A stretch of DNA of 64,000 nt, from the NCBI RefSeq assembly GCF_030144855.1, contig NC_082706.1, positions 106,640,001 to 106,704,000 of the forward strand, read 5' to 3'. This DNA comes from Hypanus sabinus. Its lineage: Eukaryota. The notes under the pieces were generated by a model. It was not told where the DNA came from. It did no database searches and was given only the letters and a program-made list of their open reading frames with translations. Within the stretch, counting starts at the first letter, position 1, and each line of letters starts with the position of its first letter. This document shows positions 1-12,029 of this stretch, one piece after another. The position numbers and the translations under genes were made by a program.

Positions 1-2547
1 CTGGTTTTATTAAAAGTCGCTATTCTTTTTTTTCAATTTTAGGAGATTATTGAATATTGTTTATACTCCTTCACATAGCACTTCAGAATGTGTCATTTCA
101 TTAGATGCGGAGAAAGCATTTGATAGAGTTGAATGGCCATACTTATTTACCGTGCTTGAGAAGTTTAATTTTAGTCCAACATTCATTTCCTGGATTAAAC
201 TGATATATCATACTCCAGTAACCTCGGTTTTTACTAACAATCAAAGATCTCCCTTTTTTCGTTTATTTCGGGGTACTAGACAAGGCTGCCCTCTTAGTCC
301 ATTATTATTTGATATTGCTTTAGAACCCTTGGCAATTGCTATCAGAGAATCACCAAACATTTTTGGCATTATTCGTAGGATGGTTATGCATAAGTTATCA
401 TTATATGCAGATCATTTATTATTATTTATTTCTGATCCTGAGAAATCCATTCCTGCAGTTATATCATTCTCGGCTCAATTTAGTAATTTTTCCGGGTATA
501 AATTAAATCTTAATAAGAGTGAATTGTTTCCTTTAAATAGACAGGTTCTAATTTATGGAAATTTACCTTTTAAATTAGTTAATGACTCTTCTATTTACTC
601 AGGGATTAAAATCACAAAAAAATTATAAGGACTTATTTAAGGTTAAGTTTTTTACCCCTAATCGATCAGATTAAATGTTTGTTTACTAAATGGTCACCAT
701 TATCTTTATCTCTGATAGGTCAGATTAATGCTATTAAGATGGTTATTTTACCCAAGTTTTTATTTATATTTCAAGCGGTACCAGTTTTTATTCTGAAAAC
801 TTTTTTTGCTAATGTTGATTCAAAAATTTCCTCATATATATGGCAGAATAAAAATCCTAGATTAGGTAAACAGTATTTACAGAAGGCAAGGAAGGAAGGT
901 GGATTGGCATTGCCTAATTTTAGATTTTATTATTGGGCAGTCAATATCCGATATTTGATATGTTGGTTAAGGGATTGGGATTTATCCTTTAGCCCTCATT
1001 GGGTGAACCTGGAAATTAAATCTGTACAAGGATTTTCATTGGGTTCTATTTTAGGGTCTTCTCTTCCCTTTGCTCTGTCTAAATTGCAGAAACGAATTGA
1101 CAATCCGAAAGTTAAACACACCTTACGTATATGGTTTCAATTTTGGAAAATTTTTGGGTTGACTCAGTTTGATTTAAATATTCCGATTGTATCCAATTGC
1201 TTTTTTTTATCCTTCTATAATAGACCAAGCTTATTCAGCTTGGAAGACTAAAGGATTACTACGATTTTCCGATTTATTTTTGGATAATTGTTTTATGTCT
1301 TTTGAACAATTATCTAATAAATATAATTTGCCTAGATTTCATTTTTTTAGATATTTACAGATTAGGAATTTCTTAAATACTGTACTTCCTACCTTTCCAA
1401 ATCTTGTGTATTCCGGTATTTTGGAGAATTTGCTAGAACTAAATCCTTCTCAGAAAGGGGTAATATCAAAACTCTACAATATAATTATGAAGATACATTC
1501 AGAGACCTTCTATAAGATTAAAAGTGATTGGGAAAGAGAACTATTGAGAATTGGGATAAAATTCTTCAATTAGTTAATTCATCATCTATATGTGCTAAAT
1601 ATTCATTAATACAGTTTAAATTTGTGCACAGGGCTCATATGTCCAAGGATAAATTGGCTCATTTTTATTCCTATATAAACCCTATTTGTGACAGATGTCA
1701 TTCTGAGGGAGCGTCTTTAACTCATATGTTTTGGTCTTGTCCGCTTTTGAAAAAATATTGGAAAGACTATTTGATATTATTTCCACAGTATTAAACATTC
1801 ATTTACAACCTTATCCTAATACTACAATTTTTGGTTTACCAATGATGGGCTCAGTCCATTTATCCTCTTCTGCTTGTCAAATGATTGCATTTCTTACATT
1901 AATGGCTAGAAGATCTATTTTGTTGAATTGGAAGGAAATTAATCCTCCTACTGTATTTCATTGGTTTTCTCAAACTATGTTATGTCTAAATTTAGAAAAC
2001 ATTAGAAATGTTGTATTTGATACTTCTATTAAATTTGAAAAGATATGGAGACCATTTATTCATTATTTTCATATGATGTAATGTGACCCTGTTCCAATCC
2101 TATTTGTTTTTCCGGTTTTGATTTTACTTATGTTGAGAGGAATGGAGTTGACGACACTGATAATTTTGTATTTTTGTTAGATATTATAAACAGCCCATTT
2201 TTTCATTATTCTTTTTCCTTTTTTTCTTTTTTCATTTCTTTCCTTATTAGTTATTAGGTTGTTAGATTAGTTTTTCTAGAATAATTTTTTTTCATTTTCT
2301 CTTTTCTGTTTCTTTAAATATATATTATGATATACCTAGGTTTGCTTTGTTTATATGTTACTTGTATCGTCCATGATTTGGGAAGACTCATTTATATTGT
2401 AACTATTGCTTATGTATCCTTTCATGTTCAGTTTAAATTTGTATGGTTGTAATCCCATTATCTATGTATTAATCTTATTATGTTATATTAATAATAATAA
2501 TAATAATAATAATAAAAAGATTGAAAAAGAAAGAAAGAAAGAAAGAA
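1..2547 (+). mobile_element. L1-clade LINE, 3' half (ORF2 RT + C-terminal CCHC, 3' UTR, tail); frameshifted; runs off window start
   Basis: ORFs 50-2081 contain LDAEKAFDRVEW, RGTRQGCPLSPLLF, LYAD and CDRCHSEGASLTHMFWSC. Paralogue of 29378-31912 (about 5% divergent by hand count over 420 bp) with the same 3' flank. Confidence 0.93.
2488..2547 (+). repeat. (TAA)n + (GAAA)n microsatellite tail of the L1
   Basis: Seen directly; shorter version at 31878-31912. Confidence 0.9.
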
Positions 2548-4084
2548 AGAAAAGCCCAAGTTCACTCAACCTATTCTCATAAGGCATGCTCCCCAATCCA
2601 GGCAACATCCTTGTAAATCTCCTCTGAACCCTTTCTATGGTTTCCACATCCTTCCTGTAGTCAGGTGACCAGAACTGAGGACAGTACTCCAAGTGGGGCC
2701 ACACCAGGGTCCTATATATCTGCAACATTGCCCCTCAGCTCTTAAACTCAGTCCCACAGTTGATGAAGGCAATGCACTGTATGGCTTCTTGACCACAGAG
2801 TCAATCTGCATAGCAGCTTTGAGTGTCTTATGGATTCAAACTCCAAGATCCCTCTGATCCTCCACACTGCCAAGAGTCTTACCATTAATACTATATTCTG
2901 CCATCATATTTGACCTACCAAAATGAATCACTTCACACTTATCTGGGTTTAACTCCATCTGCCACTTGTCAGCCCAGTTTTGCATCCTATCAATGCCCAG
3001 CTGTAACCTCTACCAAGCCTCCACACTATCCACAACACCCCCAACATTTGTGTCATCAGCAAATTTACTAACCCATTCCTCCACTTCCCTTCCAAGTCAT
3101 TTATAAAAATGACAAAGACTAGAGGTCTCAGAACAGATCCCTGAGGCACGCCATTGGACACTGACCTTCATGCAGCATATGACCCATTTACAACCACTCT
3201 TTGCCTTCTGTGGTCAAATCAATTCTGGATACACAAAGCAATGTCCCCTTGGATACCATGCCTCCTTAACATCTCTATGAGCCTTGAATTGGGTACCTTA
3301 TCAAATTCCTTGCTGAAATTCATATACACTAAATCTCTGGCTCTACCTTTATCAATGTGTTTAGTCACATCCTCAAAAAATGCAGTCAAGCTCGTAAGGC
3401 ACAACCTGCCTTTCACAAAGTCATACTGACAATTCCTAATCATATTAGCCTCTCCATATGATCATAAATCCTGCCTCTCAGGATCTTCTCTATCAAATTA
3501 CCAACCACTGAAGTAAGACTCACTGGTCTATAATTTCCTGGGCTAACCTTTCTCCCTTTCTTGAATAAGGGAACAATATCTGCAACACTTAACCCTTCAG
3601 AATCTCTCCTGTTCTCATTGACGATGCGAAGATCATTGTCAGAGGCTCAGCAATCTCCTCCTTCACCTCCCACAGTATCCTCGGGCAGATCTCATCCTGT
3701 TCCGGTGACTTATCCAAACGAATGCTTTCCAAAAGCTCCAGAACATCCTCTTCCTTAATATCTACATGCTCAAGCTTTTCAGTCTACTGGAAGTCATCCG
3801 TACATTCACCAAGATCCTTTTCATACTGAATACTGAAGCAAAGTATTCATTAAATACCTCTGCTATCTCCTCTGGTTCCACACAGACTTTTCCACTGTCG
3901 CACTTGACTGGTCCTACTCTCTCACATCTTATCCTCTTGTTCTTCACATATTCGTAGAATGTCCTGGGATTTTCCTTAATCCTGTTCACAACGGCCTTCT
4001 CCTGGTCCATTCTGGCTCTGCTAATTTCATACTTCAGCTCCTTCCTGCTAGCCTTATAACCTGCTGGATCTCTATCATACTTAG
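2548..4084 (-). mobile_element. CR1 LINE ORF2 (RT) fragment, lineage 'CR1-A'
   Basis: Minus-strand peptides [50 protein letters not shown]; frameshifted. Confidence 0.92.
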
Positions 4085-4693
4085 CCATAAAAGGTAATTT
4101 CTTTATGTGGAGGATAGTGAGCTGCCTGAGAAAGTGGTTGAGTTCATGCATTTGTAATATTGAAGAGGTATTTGAAAGGGTACATGGAAGGAAAGGTGTT
4201 GAAGGACTATGAGTCAAATGCAGCAGCTGGAACTAGCAGGGAGGTTATAGTCAACATGAACCATTGGGGCCAAAGGACCTATATCCATACTCCGTTACTC
4301 AATGGTTCTATGAAATAAAAACATAAAATGCTTAAAATTCTCAAATGGACAGATGGCATCTCTGTAAAGAGAATCAAAGTTAAGGGAGGTCAAAGATAGT
4401 ATAAAAGCAAAAGAGAGGGCAGGAAGTCTGCAAAAGGACTAGGACAGATTAGGAGAATGGACGAAAAAGAGGCAGATGGAACATAGTGTAGGGAAGTCTA
4501 TGGCTATGCACTTTGGTAGAGAGTATAAAGGCACAGACTATTCTCTGAACAAAGAGAGAATGAAAATGCAAGAGGATTCCCTAAACGCTAATTTGCTCTA
4601 TGTGTCAATAGTGGAGGACGGAAATGCAATGTTAGCAATCATTTCAAGAGGACTAGAATATAATGAGAATAGAATGAGAATCAGGTTTGTATC
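4085..4693 (+). mobile_element. Old CR1 fragments (3' end plus RT piece)
   Basis: Degenerate WQMEYSVGKCMVMHFGR-like peptide at 4476-4697; homologous blocks near 18580, 33440, 47510, 57720. Confidence 0.75.
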
Positions 4694-7600
4694 ATAGAAC
4701 CATAGAACACTAAAGCACAGTACAGGCCCTTCAGCCCTCCATGTTGTGCCGACCCATATAATCCTTAAAAAAATACTAAAACCACACTTCCCCATAACCC
4801 TTCATTTTTCTTTCATCCATGTTCCTGTCCAAGAAGCTCTTAAATACCCCTAATGTTTTAGCCTCCACCACCATCCCTGGCAAGTCATTCCATGCACTCA
4901 CCACCCAATGCATAAAAAACTTACCCCTTATATCTCCTCTGTACTTACTTCGAAGCGCCTTAAAACTGTGCCTTCTCATGGAAGGCATTTCAGCCAAGGG
5001 AAAATGCCTCTGACTACCCACACGATCAATGCCTCACCTCATCTTGTACACCACTATTAGGTCACCTCTCATCCTCCGTCGCTCCAAGGAGAAAAGCCCA
5101 AGTTCACTCAACATATTCTCATAAGGCATGCTCCCCAATCCAAGCAACATACTTGTAAATCTCCTCTGAACCCTTTCTATGGTTTCCACATCCTTCTGGT
5201 AGTCAGGTGACCAGAACTGAGCACAGTACTCCAAGTGGGGTCACACCAGGATCCTATATAGCTGCAACATTACGCCTCAGCTTTTAAACTCAGTCCCACA
5301 GTTGATGAAGGCCAATGCACCGTATGCCTTCGTGACCACAGAGTCAATCTCCGTAGCAGCTTTGAGTGTCATATGGACTCGAACCCCAAGATCCCTCTGA
5401 ACCTCCACACTGCCAAGAGTCTTACTGTTAATACTATATTCTGCCATCATATTTGATCTACCAAAATGAACCACCTCACACCCTTCTGGGTTTGACTCCA
5501 TCTGCCACTTCTCAGCCCAGTTTTGCATCTTATCAATGCCCGGCTGTAACCTCTACCCAGCCTCCACACTATCTACAACACCCCCAACATTTGTGTCATC
5601 AGCAAATTTACTAACCCATTCCTGCACTTCCCTTCCAAGTCATTTATAATAATCACAAAGACTAGAGGTCCCAGAATTGATCCCTGAGGCACGCCATTGG
5701 ACACTGACCTTCAGGCAGAATGTGACCCATTTACAACCACTCTTTGCCTTTTGTGGTCAAACCAATTCTGGATCCACAAAGCAATGACCCCTTGGATACC
5801 ATGCTGCCTTAACCTCTCTATGGGCCTTATATTGGGTACCTTATCAAATTCCTTGCTGAAATCCATATACACTACATCTCCCTCTCTACCTTTATCAATG
5901 CGTTTAGTCACATCCTCAAAAATGCACTCAGGCTCGTAAGGCACAACCTGCCTTTCACAAAGTCATGCTGACAATTCCTAATCATATTAGCCTCTCCAAA
6001 TGATCATAAATCCTGCCTCTCAGGATCTTCTCTATCAAATTACCAACCACTGAAGTAAGAGTCACTGGTCTACAATTTCTTGGCTATCTCAACTCCCTTT
6101 CTTGAATAATGGAACAATATCTGCAACACTCCAACCCTCTGGAATCTCTCCTGTTCTCATTGACGATGTGAAGATCATCGCCAGAGGCTCAGCAATCTCC
6201 TCCTTTGCCACCCACAGTATCCTGGGGCAGATCTCTTCCAGTTCCGGTGACTTATCCAACTGGATGCTTTCCAAAATCTCAAGATCATCCTCTTCCTTAA
6301 TATCTACATGCTCAAGCTTTTCAGTCTACTGGAAGTCATCCCTACATTCACCAAGATCCTTTTCCATAGTGAATACTGAAGCAAAGTATTAATTAAATAC
6401 CTCTGCTATCTCCTCTGGTTCCACACACACTTTTCCACTGTCACACTTGATTGGTCCTAATCTCTCACATCTTATCCTCTTGTTCTTCACATATTTGTAG
6501 AATGCCTTGGGGTTTTCCTTAATCCTGTCTGCCAAGGCCTTCTCCAGACCCATTCTGGCTCTGCTAATTTCATATTTAATCTCCTTCCTGCTAGCCTTAT
6601 AACTTTCTACATCTCTGTCATACCTAGTTTTTTGAATCTTTCATAAGCTCTTTTATTCTTGACTAGGTTTACAACAGCCTTTGTACACCACAGTTCCTGT
6701 ACCCTACCAGACATTCCCTGTCTCTTTGTAATGTATCTATGCAGAACCCCACAAAAATGTCCTCTGAACATTTCCAACATTTCTTTTGTACATTTCTCTG
6801 AGAACATCTGTTTTCAATTTATGCTTCCAAGTTCCTGCCTGGTTGCCTCTTAATTCCCCTTTCTCCAATTACACTCATTCCTAACTTGTCCGTTCCTATC
6901 CCTCTCCAATGCTATGGGAAAGGAGATAGAATTGTAATCACTATCTCCAAAAAGCTCTCCCACTGAGGGATCTGACACCTGAACAGGTTAATTTCCCAAA
7001 TTCAGATCTAATACAGTCTCTCCTCTTGTAGGCTAATCTACATATTGTGTCAAAAAACCTTCCCAAACATAACTAACATATTCTACCCCATCTAAATCCC
7101 TTGCTCTAGGGAGATGCCAATCTATATTTTGGAAATTAAAGTCTCCCACAACAACAACCATGATATTAACACATCTTTCCAGAACCTGTCTCTCAATATG
7201 CACCTCAACATCCTTGTTACTATTGGGCAGTCTATAAAAAACACCCAGTAGAGTTATTGACCTCTTTCTGTTCCTAACTTCCACCCACAGAGAGTCCTCC
7301 AAAACTTCCTCCTTTTCTGCAGCCATGATCAACAGCGCCACACCCCCACCTCTTTAGCCTCCCTCCCTGTCCATTGTCAAACATCGAAAGCCCCCTGAGC
7401 CATCCAAGTCTCTGTAATGGCCAAAACATCATATCTCCAATTACTGATCCACGCTCAAAGTTCATCCACTTTGTTCATAATACTCCTTGCATTAAAATAG
7501 ACACATCTCAAATCACCGGTCTGAGCATGTCCCTTCTCTATCAACTGATTATCCTCCCTCTTGCACTGTCTCCAAAATTTCCCTATTTGTCAGCCAACCC

Positions 7601-8738
7601 CCTCTTCCTCTGTCACTTAAGTTCTTTTCCCACCCCTCAGCAATTCTAGCTTAAACTCTTCACAATAGCTTTTGGAAACCTCCCCGCCAAGATATTGGTC
7701 CTCCTGGGATTCAAGTGCAATCCGTCCATTTTGTACACGTCACACCTGCCCCAAAAGAGATCCCAATGATTCAGAAATCGGAATCCCTGCGCTCTGCTCC
7801 AATCCCTCAGCCACGCATTTATACTCCGCCTCATTCTATTTCTATACTCTCTGTCACATGGCACAGGCAGTAACCCTGAGATTACTATCTTTGAGGTCGT
7901 GCTCATCAACTTCTTTTCTAACTCCCTGTAGTCTGTTTTCAGGACCTTCTCCTTTTTCCTACCTAGGTCGTTGGTACCAATATGTACCACAACCTCTGGC
8001 TGTTCTCCTTCCCACTTCAGGATATCTTGGACACAATCAGAAACGTCTCGGACCCTGGCACCTGGGAGGCAACATACCTCCTTGTTTCTTTCCTGCATCC
8101 ACAGAATCGCCTGTCTGATCCCCCTAACTACAGAGTTCCCTATCACTGCTGCCATCCTCTTCCTTTCCCTACCCGTCTGAGCCACAGGGCCAGACACTGT
8201 GCCAGAGGCACAGCCACTGTTGCTTCCCCCAAGTAGGTTATCTCCCCCACAGTACTCAAACAGTACGTATTGTTAAGGGGGACACCCACTAGTGCTCTTT
8301 AGCTTCTTCCTTTTGCCCTTCCCTCTCCTGGCTGATACCCACTTATGTGTCTCCCAAGGCCCCGATTTGACGACCTGCCTATAGCTCCTTCACTCTCACT
8401 CTCACCCCCTCACTCTCCCTGACCAGACGAAGGTCATCGAGCTGCAACTCCATTTCCCTAATGCGGTTCCGAAGGAGTTGCAGATCGATGCACCTGGCAC
8501 AGATGTGACCGTCCGGGAGGCTAGGAGTCTCCACGACTTCCCACATCTGACACCGAGCACAGAACACCGGCCTCACACACATAGTTCCTGTCTGTATTCT
8601 GCACAGAAAACCTACCTGCCCTCGACCTGTATTCGCCGAAGACCCGTTGAGCCAAAGCCTTCGCACTCTGTCGGCCGCTCCTCCCACTCCCGCTCTATAA
8701 AGCTGACTTCTTTTAAACTCTTCTCGCTGTTCTCACTG
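4694..8738 (-). mobile_element. Near-full-length decayed CR1 (ORF1 Cys-rich + SGNH esterase, ORF2 EN-RT, 3' tail)
   Basis: ORF1 CARCQMWE..CARC (8379-8687) and VIGNSVVRG/VHIGTNDLG/GLHLN (7646-8197); EN VVGDFNF (7033-7341); RT; (TAGAACCA)-type tail at 4694. Confidence 0.93.
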
Positions 8739-9019
8739 GCTGACTCAATGGATCGAATGGCCTAATCCTGCACCGATGTCTTGTCTTGTCCTCTTACGGC
8801 TGGGTGAGCGATTGCAGTCGGAAAATGTACAGAGGAACTTTTTAATCGATTAACCTAACCTGCGCTAAAGGAGTTATCAGAAGGAGAAATAGGGAACGAA
8901 AGAGTTGATGTAAGGAGAAGGTTTGCGGGTGGTTTGTAACTAGTACTGGGTTAGTTATGGCACTTGGATGTTTACAGAAAGTGGGTCCTGGGCATTCAAA
9001 AAAGATGTGCACTGCCTAG

Positions 9020-9125
9020 GCACCATGGTAGCCTAGCGATTAGCGCGACTCTATCACAACTCCGGGTTTTGTCAGGGGTGGCTGGGCCTACCTCGCCGTG
9101 TATCGCTAAATAAACAAACAAATGT
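9020..9125 (+). mobile_element. Internally deleted HE1-like SINE remnant
   Basis: tRNA-like head GGTAGCCTAGCGATTAGCGCGAC joined to a tail ending CTAAATAAA. Confidence 0.55.
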
Positions 9126-9599
9126 AAAGGTTCCCAACGGAACCTAATGTAAGCGGATATTTACTGAGAGGTTCTGCCCAGTTGGAATCATTAAAACCAC
9201 GTTAATAGGGAAAGATGAAGATATTCACAGACATGATACAGATGGCATTCGGTTCATCAAACATCCCACCCAACGGAAGGTACAGAGTACACATTCGTAG
9301 CGACGGGAGACAGGAGGCACCAGATTAGACAAAGTGAAAGCCAAGAAGATGAATACAGGGGTGCCTGGGTGCATTATCTCCATGGACTCCTGCCGTCTAA
9401 AGGCGCCGAGCAAGACCCCTCCCCACCGCTCACTGAAGCCACTTGCTCCAAATCTGGTGTTAGGCGGGAAATTTCGGGATTTTCACAAAACAGCGATAAA
9501 GGATAGGATAAATATTTTAAATATGTTGACATATGATTGAAAAGTCAGCTGGCAGAAGGTGATTAATTTGGGGAAGTTTCGGGACGGAACGGGACCGGA

Positions 9600-10007
9600 T
9601 CGGTTAGTGTAACGCTGTCATAGCGGCAGCGACCCAGGTTAAATTCCGCCGTTGTTCTGAAAGGGATTTGTACGTTGTTCCTGTGACCGCGTGGGTTTCC
9701 TCCGGCTGCTCCGGTTTCCTCCCACGTTCAAAACACGTTCGGGTTAGCAGCCGCCCAAAGCAACACACACAAAATGCTGAAAGAACTCAGCAGGCCAAGC
9801 AGAGTTTCCGGAAAAGAGTAAATAGTCGGCTTTTCGGGCCAAAACCTTTTCCAAGACTGGAAAGGAAGGGGAGAAGTCAGTGTGAGAAGTCCTTCGGCAT
9901 CTGAAAATTTATCCTGTTAGCGGATTAGTAGGTTAATTGATCACATGGATGTAATTGGATGACCCGGGCTTGTTTGGCCCGAAAGGCCTGTTATCGTGAC
10001 GTATTTC
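9600..10007 (+). mobile_element. HE1-type V-SINE interrupted by a PLE fragment
   Basis: V-domain GCGTGGGTTTCCTCCGGCTGCTCCGGTTTCCTCCCAC; CR1-like tail GGCCCGAAAGGCCTGTT. Confidence 0.8.
9758..9873 (-). mobile_element. Penelope-like terminal fragment with decayed hammerhead motif
   Basis: CAACACACACAAAATGCTG..AACTCAGCAGGCC..TTTCGGGCC resembles the elasmobranch PLE end as recalled; CUGANGA box mutated. Confidence 0.6.
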
Positions 10008-10089
10008 TTCATGTTAAGCGAGAGCAAGTTCGAACCCCCCAAAAAACTCGTCTAATGAACTGCTGTGCAATTCTACCAAAATCTCATTT

Positions 10090-10247
10090 CATGCAGAGGA
10101 AGTAATAGTGTGTCGTTTTCAAATGGGGTTGGAAGGCGTGGTCTGTGACACGTTGACAGAAAGTGGGACGTGAAGCGTGGTGTTATTTATAACTAGCCAG
10201 GCCTCATCTAAATCTGTGTCACATTCAGTCACAACTCGACAAACAAC
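10090..10247 (+). promoter_or_regulatory. V1 proximal promoter (ETS/PU-box GAGGAAGT 10096-10103; TATA-like TATTTATAA 10184-10192)
   Basis: Near-identical block precedes all four V ATGs; no Ig octamer ATTTGCAT seen; motif function is inference. Confidence 0.6.
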
Positions 10248-10671
10248 ATGCGGCTGGGTTGCGTGGCTTTTGTGATACTTTTTCTCCGTTAGTTGATTGA
10301 TTTTCATCCACTTACACTCTGTTTGTTTCAGTCTTTCAAACGTGTTATGACTTTGATTTCTGTTTCCACAGGCAGATGTCTCGGTGCGGAATTGACACAG
10401 TCTCCAATGTCCATCACCCGAAATGGGGGCGAAAAGGCGACTATGAGCTGTGATCTGGGCACAGCGAACACCGAACATATCCATTGGTATCGGCAGTCAG
10501 ATGGGCAAAGCCCGGTCTGGATCCTTTATTACAATAAAGGGAGCACCGTACGAGATGATGGATTTGATAATAGATTTACAGCTCGGATGGTTGGTCAAAA
10601 GCAGTATTATCTAATTGTGAAGCGTCTCCAGAAAGAGGATTCCGGCACCTATTACTGTGCCTATTGGGACC
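10248..10671 (+). CDS. TRGV: TCR gamma-like V segment V1 (leader 10248-10287, intron 10288-10371, V exon 10372-10671); open frame
   Basis: MRLGCVAFVILFL+R|RCLG-AELTQSP..MSC..IHWYRQ..ILYY..EDSGTYYCAYWD; GT(TAGT)/(AC)AG phase-1 intron; conserved Cys, Trp, Cys; followed by RSS. Confidence 0.88.
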
Positions 10672-10710
10672 CACAGAGTGAAACTGCAACCGGTGCCGCT
10701 GACAAAAACT
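10672..10710 (+). other. V(D)J recombination signal, 23-bp spacer (CACAGAG-23-ACAAAAACT)
   Basis: Heptamer 10672-10678, spacer 10679-10701, nonamer 10702-10710 counted directly. Confidence 0.92.
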
Positions 10711-10884
10711 CTTCCTCAGCGTAGAGGTCGCACGAATCTTTTCCGACTCTGCGAATTCGCAGTTTATGACATAAATTCCATCACCTTTCTTCGGATAAAG
10801 AACTCTTTCCAATTCTACGAAAGTTACCGGATCAGCGTCATCGACAGTTTATACATTTCCACCCGTGGTTCGAGAACAAGGAGT

Positions 10885-11200
10885 TGGGAGAATATTTCCC
10901 CAGGGTAGGAGAGCCCAGACTAGAGGGGATAGCTTTAAAGTGAGTCAGGAAAGATCTATAAGAGGCCTGTGTGGTATGTTTTTCAGAGAAATGGCGGTGG
11001 GCAACAAGCTGCCAGAGGAAGAGTTAGAGGCAGGAACCATCCAGAGATTTAAACGTCATTTGGACATCGACATGAATAAGAAAGGTTTCGAGAAATACGG
11101 GTTAAATGCATGTAAACAGGGCTGGTTTCCGTGGGTAACTTGCTCGGTAAGGACGAGTTAGGCCGAAGGTCTTGATTCTGTGCTGTAGATCTCAATGGCT
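10885..11200 (+). mobile_element. Old CR1 3' end fragment downstream of V (also near 21741, 40290, 53040)
   Basis: FPRVGEPRTRG..NKLPEEELEAGTIQRFKRHLD-like peptide. Confidence 0.8.
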
Positions 11201-11269
11201 CTTAGAATTACTTCAGATCTCTGCACGGTCGCCACTCACGCTCCTTTATTCCGTGGAAAACATTCCCGA

Positions 11270-11970
11270 CCAATAGAACCATGGAACACTACAGCACAGT
11301 ACAGGACTTCAGCCCTCCATGTTGTGCCGACCGATATAATCTTTAAAAAATATACTAAACCCACGCTACCCCATAACTCTTCATTTTTCTTTCATCCATG
11401 TGCCCGTCCAAGAGGCTCTTAAATACCCCTAATGTTTTAGCCTCCACCACCATCCCTGGCAAGTCATTCCAGGCACTCAAAATCCTCTGTGTAAAAAAAT
11501 CTTACCCCTGATGTCTCCCGGAAACTTCCCTCCCTTAATTTTGTACATATGCCCTCTGGTGTTTGCTATTGGTGCCCTGGGAAACAGGTACTGACTATCC
11601 AACCTATCTGTGCCTCTCATAATCTTGCAGACTTCTATCAAGTCCCCTCTCATTCTTCTATGCTCTAAAGAGAAAGTTCCAGCTCTGCTAACCTTGCTTC
11701 ATATGACTTATTCTCCAAACCAGGCACCATCCTGGTAAATCTCCTCTGCACCCCTCCATAGCATCCACATCCTTCCTATAATGAGGTGACCAGAATTGAA
11801 CACAATACTCTAAGTGCGGTCTCACTAGAGATTTGTAGAGTTGCAACATGACCTCTCTACTCTTGAACTCAATCCACATGTTAATAAAGCCTGGCATCCC
11901 ATAGGCTTTCTTAACTACCCTATCAACCTGTGCAGCAACCTTAAGGGATGTATGCATTTGAACCCGAAGG
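11270..11970 (-). mobile_element. 5'-truncated CR1, subfamily 'CR1-B'
   Basis: LQLYKSLVRPHLEYCVQFWSPHYRKD; tail at 11270; same insertion at 53430-54132. Confidence 0.9.
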
Positions 11971-12029
11971 TCCGTCCTCGTAAATGAAAATGCTCCAATC
12001 CCAGAAACATACCTTCTGCATCCTCTCTA

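Noticed and set aside
2548-2560. Site-specific, independent L1 insertions into the same CR1 motif
   Set aside because: The L1 copies (about 5%) and their CR1 flanks (about 5-6%) are similarly diverged, as expected for co-duplication of one insertion
10119-10484. Conserved 121-159 aa antisense ORFs over each V (also 20939, 39524, 52274)
   Set aside because: Conservation is explained by recent duplication; lengths and starts vary and no motif is recognisable
10248-10710. Interpretation as Ig lambda-like light-chain V (CAxWD, 23-RSS)
   Set aside because: No octamer in the promoter, no adjacent J-C as expected for clustered shark IgL, and TCRg-like IHWYRQ/RILYY motifs; not formally excluded without BLAST
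10293-10724. ORF-track proteins starting MIDFHPL.. (also 21149, 39698, 52448) and an in-frame intronic ATG
   Set aside because: They start at TTG inside the intron and read through the RSS. The real gene uses the 40-bp leader exon, and intron retention hits TAG immediately (CTC CGT TAG).
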